Part shown: positions 30,101 through 38,479 of the stretch, one piece after another | How positions within the stretch are numbered: the stretch's first letter is position 1 | Layout of the letters: the number at the start of each line of letters is the position of its first letter | Source of the DNA: Candidatus Nanopelagicales bacterium | Lineage (GTDB): Bacteria; Actinomycetota; Actinomycetes; S36-B12; UBA5976 | DNA: 48,502 nt | Direction: 5' to 3' | NCBI GenBank assembly: GCA_044232525.1 | Contig: JBIIMD010000001.1 | Span: 1-48,502, forward strand | Notes under the pieces: model-generated | Seen by the model: only the letters and a program-made list of their open reading frames with translations | Database searches by the model: none | What the model was told of the DNA's origin: nothing | Made by a program: the position numbers and the translations under genes

Positions 30101-30595
30101 GCGAGCAAATCCCAACCGAGAGAGTTCTGAAACTAGTTGCTCCAGTGGAAACTCGTCTCCAGTTGAAATCTTTAGCGCAGGGACATCACCCAGGCCGGCG
30201 ACTATAGGTTGAATGAATGCTCTTGCGCTTGTTACCAAAACTGAAATGGGTGTAACTTCATTTGGATGCGCCAGTCTGCGTAAGACTGCCATCCGCCTAC
30301 CAACAGTGTCGCTGCTTGGACTTAGTCTTTCGTGTGGCAAAGTTTCCCAGGCTGGAAACACAGCAATGTTTTCTTCGGGAATAAAGTCAGTGAGCGCGTT
30401 TGCTAAATCTTGGACCGCTCTTTCAGTGGCCGCAATCAAAACAACGGGACGGGATTTCGCTACTGTTGCGCTCACATATGGGATTGCGCTCTTATCTACT
30501 GCTAATCGAACTTTCAGTCCTGAATCTAAATCCGATAGTGCGCCTTGAAATACTTGGTCCTTAGCGATTGCATCACTAATTAACTTAAGAGTCAT
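27113..30595 (-). CDS. mfd: Transcription-repair coupling factor
   Basis: 1160 aa with a UvrB-homology N-terminus, a CarD-like domain, superfamily-2 helicase motifs (GDVGYGKTE, VIVDEEQRFG, TATPIPRT-type) and a TRCF C-terminus. Confidence 0.97.
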   Translation of the reverse strand: MTLKLISDAIAKDQVFQGALSDLDSGLKVRLAVDKSAIPYVSATVAKSRPVVLIAATERAVQDLANALTDFIPEENIAVFPAWETLPHERLSPSSDTVGRRMAVLRRLAHPNEVTPISVLVTSARAFIQPIVAGLGDVPALKISTGDEFPLEQLVSELSRLGFARVDLVDRRGQFAVRGGIVDLFPPALEHPLRVEFWGDTVEEIRTFSIADQRSLGIAVDQIFATACRELLITEEVATKAASMIDVHPELSEMLEKIAAGIAAEGMESLIPVLVPKLEMLIDVIDTKAIIIEAEPERLESRAHELVSTSAEFLEASWSNATAGNVSPIDLDASAFRDYRELRNGSNTHAWLGLTTLAGPQDESPGVEATPEYRSKIEDFVSDIRIWWQTGSRVAVCMAGHGSTERLVSTLMELGIPARQTEELTAELTDQVVEVTVGHQDSGIQIKSANLVLVTEVDLFGSRDASKENRSLPSKRRVVIDPLTLKSGDYVVHEQHGVGKYIEMSQRTVANATREYLVIEYVASKRGQRGDRLYVPSDQLDQVTRYVGGEAPSLNRLGGGDWAATKSRARRAVRQIAGELIRLYAARMASKGFAFSPDSPWQRELEDAFEYVETPDQLVTIDEVKRDMENDIPMDRLVCGDVGYGKTEIAVRAAFKAVQDGKQVAILVPTTLLVQQHFETFSRRYAQFPVKLAALSRFQTDAQVRDVMSGISDGTIDIVIGTHRLFNPEVRFKDLGLVIVDEEQRFGVEHKEHLKALRTNVDMLTMSATPIPRTLEMAVTGLREMSTIQTPPEERHPVLTTVGPYDEKFITAAIHRELIRDGQIFFVHNRVESINRVASKLSELVPEARIAVAHGQMNEHTLEQIIVDFWEHKYDVLVSTTIIESGLDIPNANTLIVDRADTFGLSQLHQLRGRVGRSRERGYAYFLYSPDKPLSENAHDRLSTIASHTDLGSGMAVAMKDLEIRGAGNLLGGEQSGHIADVGFDLYVRLVSEAVEEVKTGGVAIVDEVVKVELPVDAHLPHSYVPEERLRLEAYRRLADARTNDDVTGVVEELADRYGSLPAPVETLVSIARLRVSLQDVGITELIATSSHVKFSPVELPDSKALRLNRLDPGSVIKPATRTIVVPRPKGALIGSASQAADIDLVQWVNTWVSSVVASS

Positions 30596-31398
30596 CTGGT
30601 TGCCAGTGCCTCAACTATGACCGACGTTAACTCTGGGCGACAAATCAAAATATCCTTAACTTTCAAATTCACTTTGTTTAGTTCAATTGGATTGCCACTG
30701 CAGTCAGATACGAAGAGTCCGTTGTGGACTGCAACTCCTAGCGGTGCAGCTAAGTCCCATTCATAAAACCCACCTGAGTTGAAATAGACATCCGCATTGT
30801 CGGCCAATATGGCGCCCACTTTTGCACCAACTGATCCCATTGGAATTACTTCCACACGGCCTCGCTCTGGAAAAGTCTCTTCAAGTTTTTTGATTACTGC
30901 CGGAATCTCACGCGGTGGTCGGCTTCGTGATACCAAGATTCGAATTGGTACACCCGATGGCTTGTAAGTCTGAGCCAATTCATCCATGGACCAAAGTTCA
31001 TTTCGGGCTGGAACTGCAACGCTGGCTGCACTGATCTGGCCCTCATTCTGGGAACCGGCTTCCCACAGCGCGATGTGTACTGCGAAATCTTCACCACCAC
31101 TTGAGTATTGTGCTGTGCCATCAAGTGGATCGATAATCCAGACGCGCTTGGCATTGAGTCGAGCAACTTCTAAGTCGCCTTCTTCGCTAAGTACAACATC
31201 ATTTGGTCGCTGGCTGGAAAACTGTTCCATCAGATAATCATGAGCAACTCTGTCGCCTTCGCTGCCGAGCACCTCTTCTGCCAAAACTGAATGGGTTTCA
31301 TCGTTACTGCCTGACAAACTTGCCGCATGGTTACGCAAACCTATAAGTAAGGTTCCAGTTTCTCGGGCAAGTTTGCGAGCTAACTCATGATCATTCAT
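30592..31398 (-). CDS. Inositol monophosphatase / CysQ-family 3'(2'),5'-bisphosphate nucleotidase
   Basis: Metal-binding motifs LSEEGD and WIIDPLDGT. It has 4-nt start/stop overlaps with pth upstream and mfd downstream. Confidence 0.8.
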   Translation of the reverse strand: MNDHELARKLARETGTLLIGLRNHAASLSGSNDETHSVLAEEVLGSEGDRVAHDYLMEQFSSQRPNDVVLSEEGDLEVARLNAKRVWIIDPLDGTAQYSSGGEDFAVHIALWEAGSQNEGQISAASVAVPARNELWSMDELAQTYKPSGVPIRILVSRSRPPREIPAVIKKLEETFPERGRVEVIPMGSVGAKVGAILADNADVYFNSGGFYEWDLAAPLGVAVHNGLFVSDCSGNPIELNKVNLKVKDILICRPELTSVIVEALATR

Positions 31399-31973
31399 GA
31401 GTTGTACAAATTCTGCGTTTCAATCAATCCTTTTGTAATCAACGCTGTGACTGCTTCGCACCCTTGGGACTTCAAAATTTCAACTTCAGCGCTTTCAGCG
31501 CTAGCAAAGTTCCTCAAGACAAAATCAGCAGGATCTTGCTGCCCAGGTGGCCGGCCAATACCTAAGCGAACGCGGAACCAATCACCGCTTCCCATTGCGG
31601 AACGGATTGATTTCAAACCATTGTGTCCATTGTCTCCACCACCAAGCTTTACGCGGATTGCAGCAAGGGGGATATCTAATTCATCATGCAAAACAATGAT
31701 TTGTTCAGGAGCAACTTTGTAAAACTTCACGAGCGCCTTTACTGGCCCACCAGATTCATTCATGTACGAAAGCGGTTTAGCTAAAACTACTTGCGCACCA
31801 CCAATTCGGGTTTCACAAACATCAGCAAGTGCCCGCTTGTGCCTAGTCAATTTTTCAGAATTCTGAGAAACCAGTTCATCGATAACCATGGCACCGATGT
31901 TGTGGCGCGTAGATGCGTAAGTGGGACCCGGGTTACCGAGTCCCACTACAAGCCACGCACCGTTATCTGACAC
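31395..31973 (-). CDS. pth: Peptidyl-tRNA hydrolase
   Basis: Motif WLVVGLGNPGPTYASTRHNIG. I prefer the GTG at 31973, 4 nt after the rplY stop. The track start at 32006 would overlap rplY by 29 nt. Confidence 0.9.
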   Translation of the reverse strand: MSDNGAWLVVGLGNPGPTYASTRHNIGAMVIDELVSQNSEKLTRHKRALADVCETRIGGAQVVLAKPLSYMNESGGPVKALVKFYKVAPEQIIVLHDELDIPLAAIRVKLGGGDNGHNGLKSIRSAMGSGDWFRVRLGIGRPPGQQDPADFVLRNFASAESAEVEILKSQGCEAVTALITKGLIETQNLYNS

Positions 31974-31977
31974 GGTC

Positions 31978-32466
31978 TTACTCTGCAGATTCCTCTGCAG
32001 GTGCATCGCTACTGGCGCTATCGCTGCTGCCAGAATCTGCGCCTACTCCAGCTGCCTCGCTTGCAGCATCAGCTTCAGCGCGAGCTGCAGCCTTAGTTTC
32101 TGCATGTGCGATTGCTGCTGCTGCATCTGCTTCTTGACGAGCATGTGTTTCAGCGGCTTCACGAGCCAACGTTGCAGCTTCAGCAGCTGTCACGTAGACA
32201 AGGTCTACGTGTTCGATGCCGCGCGTTACTGGATCAATCTGAAGGTCACGTGGCGCAACAGTTTCAGTCTTTCCATCAAGAACGATTTCAAGTGAGGTTA
32301 CCTTCTTGCGAAGGGTAAGTCTCAAGGTATGGGCATCAAATGCCACGTGGATTGGAGCAATTCCGTGCCCGTAAACCACTGCTGGAACTTTGCCGTCACG
32401 GCGAAGGCGACGTGCTGCGCCCTTACCAAAATCTGAACGGGCTTCTGCGACTAATGCGTCACTCAT
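31978..32466 (-). CDS. rplY: 50S ribosomal protein L25 / general stress protein Ctc, with an Ala/Glu-rich C-terminal tail
   Basis: The N-terminus is RSDFGKGAARRLRRDGKVPAVVYGHG. The long low-complexity tail is typical of actinobacterial Ctc-form L25. SD is GAGGAG. Confidence 0.92.
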   Translation of the reverse strand: MSDALVAEARSDFGKGAARRLRRDGKVPAVVYGHGIAPIHVAFDAHTLRLTLRKKVTSLEIVLDGKTETVAPRDLQIDPVTRGIEHVDLVYVTAAEAATLAREAAETHARQEADAAAAIAHAETKAAARAEADAASEAAGVGADSGSSDSASSDAPAEESAE

Positions 32467-32635
32467 TTATTTCTCCTCGTGCTAGGTCATTTATGGATAG
32501 CTCCACAACGGACCTTCGTCGATTACGGCTTTTAAGGGCCCTCGCCGAGGAGCATCCCTAGGTTAGCCCAGGTCAGTACCTAAGGCCAAAACGAGCCAGA
32601 TTAATTGACTTATAGGACCTGAATAACGGAGGTTC

Positions 32636-33616
32636 TTAGACTCCGACGTGGTCAAACAAACTTGCAACTGAACCTTCATCAAATACTTCCTTGATGGCTC
32701 GAGCCAGCAGAGGAGCAATTGGAAGAATCGTTAGATTTGGGAATTGATTCTCAGGTGGAATCGGAAGCGTGTCAGTAACGATCACTTCGCGTATGCCAGA
32801 GTCCTGCAAACGTTGCGCTGCAGGCGAAGAGAAAATTCCATGTGTTGCGGTGACGATTACATCAGATGCGCCATTTTCAAACAAAGCTTCAGATGCCTTA
32901 ACAATCGTGCCACCGGTATCAATCATGTCGTCGACTACTACACAAACTCGACCTTTAACGTCACCAACAACTTCAAGAACCTTAGCTTCGTTTGGCACAT
33001 CTGGATCGCGGCGCTTGTGCATGATGGCAAGTGGCGCACCCAAGATATCGGTCCAGCGTTCGGCAACCCGCACCCGGCCAGCATCAGGGGAAACAACGGT
33101 GATCTTGTCACGATCAACTGTGCGACCTACGTGTGCGGCAAGAATTGGTAGTGCGAATAAGTGGTCAACAGGTCCGTCAAAGAAACCTTGTATCTGTGCC
33201 GTGTGAAGATCTACGCTCATCAAACGATCAGCACCCGCGGTTGCAAAAAGATCGGCCATTAAACGTGCCGAGATTGGTTCTCGCCCGGCATGCTTCTTAT
33301 CTTGGCGAGCGTAACCATAAAACGGAGCCACCACAGTAATTCTCTTAGCAGATGCACGCTTTAAGGCATCGACCATAAGTAAGTGCTCCATAATCCACTC
33401 ATTGACCGGAGCTGTATGAGTCTGGAGTACGAACACGTCGCAACCACGAATTGACTCTTCAAAGCGAACAAAGATTTCACCATTTGCAAAGTTGTATGCA
33501 CGGGTTGGAACTAGTTCAGTACCGAGATTGTCTGCTACGGCTTGTGCAAGTTCAGGATGTGACCGGCCTGCGATAAGAACCATCCGCTTTGCATTGTTCT
33601 GCGTGATGCCAGTCAT
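32636..33616 (-). CDS. prs: Ribose-phosphate pyrophosphokinase
   Basis: Motifs DLHTAQIQGFF and the PRPP loop VVDDMIDTGGT. Confidence 0.97.
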   Translation of the reverse strand: MTGITQNNAKRMVLIAGRSHPELAQAVADNLGTELVPTRAYNFANGEIFVRFEESIRGCDVFVLQTHTAPVNEWIMEHLLMVDALKRASAKRITVVAPFYGYARQDKKHAGREPISARLMADLFATAGADRLMSVDLHTAQIQGFFDGPVDHLFALPILAAHVGRTVDRDKITVVSPDAGRVRVAERWTDILGAPLAIMHKRRDPDVPNEAKVLEVVGDVKGRVCVVVDDMIDTGGTIVKASEALFENGASDVIVTATHGIFSSPAAQRLQDSGIREVIVTDTLPIPPENQFPNLTILPIAPLLARAIKEVFDEGSVASLFDHVGV

Positions 33617-33626
33617 CTAGTTTCCT

Positions 33627-35072
33627 TTACTTGGAGTTCTTATGGGATGAGTCTGCCAGTGCTGCCTTGGCTGAGTCGCTACCGGGTCTACGTCGAAGCA
33701 CCCAATCGACAATGTTGCGCTGGCGAGCCCGGCCAACAGCCATGGAACCAGCGGGCACATCTTCGGTAATTACCGATCCCGCAGCTGTGTAGGCACCGTC
33801 ACCAATGACCAATGGAGCAACCAACATAGTGTCACTACCAATTCGAACATGGTCGCCAACTTGAGTGTGGTGCTTCTCTTGGCCGTCGTAATTTACAAAG
33901 ACTGTGGCAGCTCCAATGTTCGTGCCTTCCCCAATCGTGGCATCACCAACATATGAAAGGTGTGGCACTTTGGCATTTACGCCTAGGTTCGCGTTCTTCA
34001 TTTCCACGAAGCCACCAGCTTTAGCCCCTGCACCAAGCACTGTGCCAGGACGAAGGTAGGTGTAGGGACCAACGTTTGCGCCTTCGCCAATCACTGCACC
34101 ATTTGAAGTAGTTCGAATCACAGTTGCACAATGGTCTGCAACTGTGTCGTGTAATGAGCAGTCAGGGCCAATCGTTGCGCCACCCCGAATTGTGCTTGCG
34201 CCAGTGATTGTGACGTTCGGTAACAGCGTTACATCCGATTCAAGAACCGCAGTGCGATCAATCCAAACCGAATTTGGATCCACCATTGTCACGCCAGCAA
34301 ATAGCCATTCATTGTTGATGCGGTTTCGCAGAATTGCTCCAGCATCAGCAAGTTGTCGACGGTCGTTCACGCCAAGAATGTTTTCTTCCGAAGTGACAAC
34401 CACAGAAACTTCATGCCCTTCACTTCGCAAGATTCCGAGCACATCAGTTAAGTACTGCTCGCCTTGGGAATTAGAAGTTGTTAACTTCGCAAGACTTTCG
34501 CGAAGTAACTTGGCATCAAATGCGTAGACACCTGAATTAACTTCGGTAAGAAGTAATTCGGATTCGGATGCATCTCGGTGTTCAACAATTCGCTCAAAAC
34601 CATCGCTAGCACTTCGAACTATCCGACCGTAACCAGTTGCATCAGCAAGATGTGCAGTTAATACTGAAGCTGATTTGCCAGCGAGCGCATCAAGCGTGAG
34701 TTGCATGTCTGAAGTTGTCAGAAGTGGTGTATCACCGGCAAGAACTAAAATAGGTCCAGTTAATTCACCTAAGGCATCTAGTGCAATCTTTACTGCATGG
34801 CCAGTGCCATTTTGCTCTTCTTGCACTGCAGTAACTACGGCTGGATGTGCTTTGGCTAAATGCTCTTGAACCTGATCTCGACCGTGACCAACAATTACCA
34901 AAGTCTTTTTGCTGTTCAAGTCTGAGGCGGCGATAAGTACGTGATCTAGCAACGTGCAGCCCAAGACTTCATGGAGAACTTTTGGCTTTGTGGATTTCAT
35001 TCGGGTGCCAGCCCCAGCAGCAAGGACAATTACTGCGGCGGGCTCAGAAGTTTGCGCGCCCGTTGATTTCAC
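33627..35072 (-). CDS. glmU: Bifunctional UDP-N-acetylglucosamine pyrophosphorylase / glucosamine-1-phosphate N-acetyltransferase
   Basis: The N-terminal motif is VLAAGAGTRMKS. The C-terminal domain is a left-handed beta-helix of hexapeptide repeats. Length is 481 aa. Confidence 0.97.
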   Translation of the reverse strand: MKSTGAQTSEPAAVIVLAAGAGTRMKSTKPKVLHEVLGCTLLDHVLIAASDLNSKKTLVIVGHGRDQVQEHLAKAHPAVVTAVQEEQNGTGHAVKIALDALGELTGPILVLAGDTPLLTTSDMQLTLDALAGKSASVLTAHLADATGYGRIVRSASDGFERIVEHRDASESELLLTEVNSGVYAFDAKLLRESLAKLTTSNSQGEQYLTDVLGILRSEGHEVSVVVTSEENILGVNDRRQLADAGAILRNRINNEWLFAGVTMVDPNSVWIDRTAVLESDVTLLPNVTITGASTIRGGATIGPDCSLHDTVADHCATVIRTTSNGAVIGEGANVGPYTYLRPGTVLGAGAKAGGFVEMKNANLGVNAKVPHLSYVGDATIGEGTNIGAATVFVNYDGQEKHHTQVGDHVRIGSDTMLVAPLVIGDGAYTAAGSVITEDVPAGSMAVGRARQRNIVDWVLRRRPGSDSAKAALADSSHKNSK

Positions 35073-35098
35073 ATACCTAGTTTACTGTTTCGAACTTG

Positions 35099-35169
35099 CT
35101 CCCGGACGTGGATTCGAACCACGATAAGCACCTCCAAAGAGTGCTGTCCTGCCATTAGACGATCCGGGA
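35099..35169 (-). tRNA. tRNA-Gln (anticodon UUG); CCA is not encoded
   Basis: Manual cloverleaf: UCCCGGA UC GUCU AAUGGCA GGAC A GCACU CUUUGGA GGUGC UUAU CGUGG UUCGAAU CCACG UCCGGGA G. It has the U1-A72 pair and G73 typical of tRNA-Gln. The position next to glmU is as in M. tuberculosis. Confidence 0.92.
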
Positions 35170-35338
35170 ATACTGACCACGGTATCCCTTGGCCTGCCTG
35201 CAAATCTTATTCTCCAATGGGCAAGATTCCCAAAACGAATAGGGTTTGGCACGCGTCAGTGCCCATTTGCGCATGCACAATTGGTCGCTTGCGCTCGCGG
35301 TATCCTAAAAGCGAGTTGATTTGGTCGAGTCTGACGTG

Positions 35339-35362
35339 CTTAATGGCTAGTCTGCAATTAAG
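35339..35362. promoter_or_regulatory. Imperfect 24-bp palindrome, a candidate TetR operator
   Basis: In CTTAATGGCTAG/TCTGCAATTAAG the outer 6 bp are perfect and 8 of 12 half-site positions are symmetric. It lies about 55-75 nt upstream of the preferred TetR start. Confidence 0.3.
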
Positions 35363-35415
35363 ACCAAAGTTCGGCTTTATCCAAGCAAGTGAGCACTTTA
35401 GGCAAAGGATTTTTC

Positions 35416-36111
35416 GTGGCAATTACACATGATCATGAAAACGACCTGGATTTATCCGGGCGTTCGCGTGTGTCTGATGCCGACCGCGTGCGCATGACCG
35501 GCCATGAACGCCGCGCTCAACTTGTTGAAGTTGGTCGAATGCTATTTGCGGAAAAGGGATTTGAATCCGTAACAGTTGAAGAAATCGCCAACACTGCAAA
35601 TGTTTCAAAGCCGGTCGTTTACGAACACTTTGGTTCTAAGGATGGTCTGTACGCAGTAGTCGTCGACCGGGAAATGACTTACCTGCTCAACTCAATTACT
35701 AAAGCTTTGACTGCGGTGCATCCGCGATTGTTACTGGAGCAAACAGCTTGTGCACTCTTTGACTACATTGAATCAAATACCGACGGTTTCCGAATCTTGC
35801 TGCGCGACTCTCCTGCTGCCTCATCTTCAACTACGCCAACTGGTAGCTTTGCTTCGTTGCTGTCTGATGTCGCACAGCGAGTAGAAGAACTACTATCCAA
35901 AGAATTCAAGTTGCGTGGCTTTCCATTCCAGATGGCACCGATGTACGCGCACATGTTCGTAGGCATGGTTGCGTTGACTGGTCAATGGTGGCTAGACGAA
36001 CGCGATACTCCCAAAGATGAAGTTATTGCACACCTGGTTAACTTAGTTTGGAATGGCGCAGTAGGACTAGAGATCAATCCACGCCTAATCAGCCAGAGAA
36101 GTGAAAGTTAA
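35416..36111 (+). CDS. TetR/AcrR-family transcriptional regulator
   Basis: The HTH is VTVEEIANTANVSKPVVYEHFGSKDGLY. I prefer the GTG at 35416 (AAGGA 6 nt upstream). The track start is 35389 and an in-frame ATG at 35491 is another alternative. Confidence 0.88.
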   Translation: MAITHDHENDLDLSGRSRVSDADRVRMTGHERRAQLVEVGRMLFAEKGFESVTVEEIANTANVSKPVVYEHFGSKDGLYAVVVDREMTYLLNSITKALTAVHPRLLLEQTACALFDYIESNTDGFRILLRDSPAASSSTTPTGSFASLLSDVAQRVEELLSKEFKLRGFPFQMAPMYAHMFVGMVALTGQWWLDERDTPKDEVIAHLVNLVWNGAVGLEINPRLISQRSES

Positions 36112-36126
36112 GTTCGCTAACGTAGC

Positions 36127-36642
36127 TTAGTTTTCTAAGCCAGAGGATTCTTCATCAAACGGCAGAACGATATCCCGCAAAACATTTGCTAACTTTTCTC
36201 TGTCTGCTTTTGAGATAGTAGCTAGTAGGGTTTTTTCTCGAGCCAACAATTCATCAAGCGCACGATCCACTGCAGTCTTTCCTGCTTGCGTTAGTTGAAC
36301 TAATACGCCACGTCCATCAGTTGGGTCTGGCATACGACCCACTAGGTTCTTTGATTCAAGTCGGTCGATGCGATTTGTCATAGTTCCGCTGGTGACTAAG
36401 TTCTGCGAAATCAAGGCAGATGGTGTGAGTGCATATGGCTTTCCAGTTCTGCGCAAAGCAGCCAACACATCAAATTCACCTGGCTCTAAATCGTTAACTG
36501 CAAATGCTTCTCGCCTGGCGATATCAAGATGGCGAGCAAGTCTTGAAACTCGACTTAGTACTTGTAGTGGGGCGACGTCAAGATCTGGGCGCTCTTGCTG
36601 CCAAGCATCAACAATGCGGTCGACTTCATCAGGGGTACTCAC
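36127..36642 (-). CDS. MarR-family transcriptional regulator
   Basis: The winged-helix region is LEPGEFDVLAALRRTGKPYALTPSALISQNLVTSGTMTNRIDRLESKNLVGRMPDPTDGRG. The GTG start lies 18 nt after the ispE stop and has no obvious SD. Confidence 0.88.
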   Translation of the reverse strand: MSTPDEVDRIVDAWQQERPDLDVAPLQVLSRVSRLARHLDIARREAFAVNDLEPGEFDVLAALRRTGKPYALTPSALISQNLVTSGTMTNRIDRLESKNLVGRMPDPTDGRGVLVQLTQAGKTAVDRALDELLAREKTLLATISKADREKLANVLRDIVLPFDEESSGLEN

Positions 36643-36660
36643 CTAAGAGAGTCTAGGAGA

Positions 36661-37572
36661 TTATCTTGATGTCGAGATAACTCGCGCACCATGAACTGGC
36701 CCATGAGTGCGCAAAACATCGTCAACTAGCCCTGTTGCTTTAAGCGCTACAACTAAATCAATTGCGCTAGATTCATCGCGAACTAAGAACGCGCAGGTGG
36801 GCCCACTGCCGGAAATTACAGCGCCCAATGCTCCTAAATCAATTCCTTGCTCAAGTACTCGACCCAACTGTGGACGTGCAGTCGTGGCAGCTAACTGCAA
36901 GTCGTTGTGTAGCAGTCGACCAAGGGCAGGTGCATCTCCGCGAGCTAACGCACTCAGCAATTCAGTTGGTACCTCCGGTGCTTCTTCAAAGTCTAGACCG
37001 CGAATTTCATCTGTGTTTTCATAAATTTGTGCAGTCGATATGCCTTCATCAAAGATTGCTAGTACCCAGTGAAAGTTTCCACGAATCATTACCGGCGAAA
37101 GCACATCACCACGGCCAACGCCTAATGCACAACCCCCATGCAACATAAACGGCACATCGGATCCAAGCCTTGCTGCCATAGCATCAAGTTGATCACGTGG
37201 GATTCCAGCATTCCAATATGTATCGCAGGCCAAGAGCGTGGCTGCTGCATCTGCGCTACCCCCCGCCATTCCAGCGGCAATTGGAATAGATTTATCGATC
37301 TGAATGTGTATGTTCGGCTCTTCGCCACATGCTCGAGCCACTAACTCAGCAGCTTGCCAAGCTAAGTTAGCTTCGTCAGTTGGGATTTGATCTGCGTACC
37401 CACCAAGTCCACTTATCGTTAGTGAGTCTGCGGCTGAGACTGTAACTTCATCGTAAATTCCAACTGCTTGAAAAATTGTGGCAAGTTCGTGATAACCAGA
37501 AAACTCTCGTGGCCCAACTCCAAGGTAAACGTTTACTTTACCTGGAACCTTTACAGTTACGGATCTGGTCAC
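36661..37572 (-). CDS. ispE: 4-(cytidine 5'-diphospho)-2-C-methyl-D-erythritol kinase
   Basis: GHMP kinase motif PIAAGMAGGSADAAA and N-terminal KVNVYLGVG. Confidence 0.93.
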   Translation of the reverse strand: MTRSVTVKVPGKVNVYLGVGPREFSGYHELATIFQAVGIYDEVTVSAADSLTISGLGGYADQIPTDEANLAWQAAELVARACGEEPNIHIQIDKSIPIAAGMAGGSADAAATLLACDTYWNAGIPRDQLDAMAARLGSDVPFMLHGGCALGVGRGDVLSPVMIRGNFHWVLAIFDEGISTAQIYENTDEIRGLDFEEAPEVPTELLSALARGDAPALGRLLHNDLQLAATTARPQLGRVLEQGIDLGALGAVISGSGPTCAFLVRDESSAIDLVVALKATGLVDDVLRTHGPVHGARVISTSR

Positions 37573-37576
37573 TGAC

Positions 37577-38470
37577 TTAGATTACTTTCTTCGCAAGCTG
37601 TGCGATAGTCACAAAATCTTGCAAACTCAACTGTTCACCACGTAATCCAGAATTCACACCAGCATCCTTTAGGACTCTGTCCACATTCTGCGGTGTACCA
37701 AGTACGCTACCCAAGGCAGTTCTAAGCGTCTTTCTTCTTTGGCCGAAAGCGGCATCAACTATTGCAAATGTGAGTTCGCGCAATTGTGGATCAAATTCAC
37801 GGTCTTTGCGCACTAACCGCACCAATCCTGAATCAACATTTGGCGCTGGCCAAAAAACATTGCGCCCTACCGATCCAGCTTTTGTGACCTCGCCATACCA
37901 AGCCATCTTCACACTCGGAACTCCGTAAATCTTGCTTCCTGGCCCAGCTGCCATTCGGTCAGCAACTTCGGCCTGTACCATTACAAGAATTTCTCGCAGC
38001 GATGGAAACGTCTCTAGAAAGTGCAAAACAACCGGAACCGAAATGTTGTAAGGCAAGTTTGCAACTAAGTGTGTTGGCGCTGTGGGTAAATTTGTGATGC
38101 GCATTGCATCTGTATTAATCACAGTGAGATTGTCTTTCAAGCCTGGTGCATGCAATGCAATAGTCGAAGGTAATGCGCCAGCCAAAACTGAATCAATCTC
38201 GACAGCTATAACTTTTGCAACATTAGGAAGTAGAGCTAAAGTGAGCGATCCAAGTCCTGGCCCTATTTCTACGACAACATCTGTCTTGCCAACGTGTGCT
38301 TGAGTCACAATACGCCGAACTGTATTGGGATCAATTACAAAATTTTGACCCAATTTTTTTGTTGGTGTGGCATTTAGAGATGCAGCCAGACTCCGAATCT
38401 CAGTAGCACCAAGCAATGTTGATTCGTCCGCGGTTGAACCGTTTGTGGGTGGCTCTGTTAACTCAGGCAT
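37577..38470 (-). CDS. rsmA: 16S rRNA (adenine1518/1519-N6)-dimethyltransferase
   Basis: Motifs KKLGQNFVIDPNTVRRIV, the SAM-binding VVEIGPGLGSLT, and NLPYNIS. I prefer the ATG at 38470 (the track TTG is at 38473). Confidence 0.93.
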   Translation of the reverse strand: MPELTEPPTNGSTADESTLLGATEIRSLAASLNATPTKKLGQNFVIDPNTVRRIVTQAHVGKTDVVVEIGPGLGSLTLALLPNVAKVIAVEIDSVLAGALPSTIALHAPGLKDNLTVINTDAMRITNLPTAPTHLVANLPYNISVPVVLHFLETFPSLREILVMVQAEVADRMAAGPGSKIYGVPSVKMAWYGEVTKAGSVGRNVFWPAPNVDSGLVRLVRKDREFDPQLRELTFAIVDAAFGQRRKTLRTALGSVLGTPQNVDRVLKDAGVNSGLRGEQLSLQDFVTIAQLAKKVI

Positions 38471-38479
38471 CAAACAGGA

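Noticed and set aside
31913-32318. Three + strand ORFs (70-124 aa, Cys/Ser/Ala-rich) across the pth start and the rplY tail
   Set aside because: They lie opposite the GCx/GAx-rich low-complexity tail of L25, which lacks stop codons on the other strand. The translated composition is implausible.
32744-33206. Two overlapping + strand ORFs (135 and 145 aa) inside prs
   Set aside because: They are antisense shadows of a highly conserved gene. They overlap each other in different frames and show no recognisable motifs.
34144-34527. 127-aa + strand ORF inside glmU
   Set aside because: It is antisense to the hexapeptide-repeat region of glmU. Repetitive codon structure commonly keeps the opposite strand open.
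35248-35339. Long-range complementarity GCACGCGTCAG (35249-35259) / CTGACGTGC (35331-35339) and small hairpins, as a possible sRNA
   Set aside because: The match is 9 bp with a 2-nt bulge, which is within chance expectation for a 220-bp region. There is no terminator and no recognisable RNA family.
35207-35432. Mirror-image 71-aa ORFs on both strands between tRNA-Gln and TetR
   Set aside because: They are mutual shadows of each other in a promoter region. Neither has an SD or any motif, and the + strand one runs into the TetR start in another frame.
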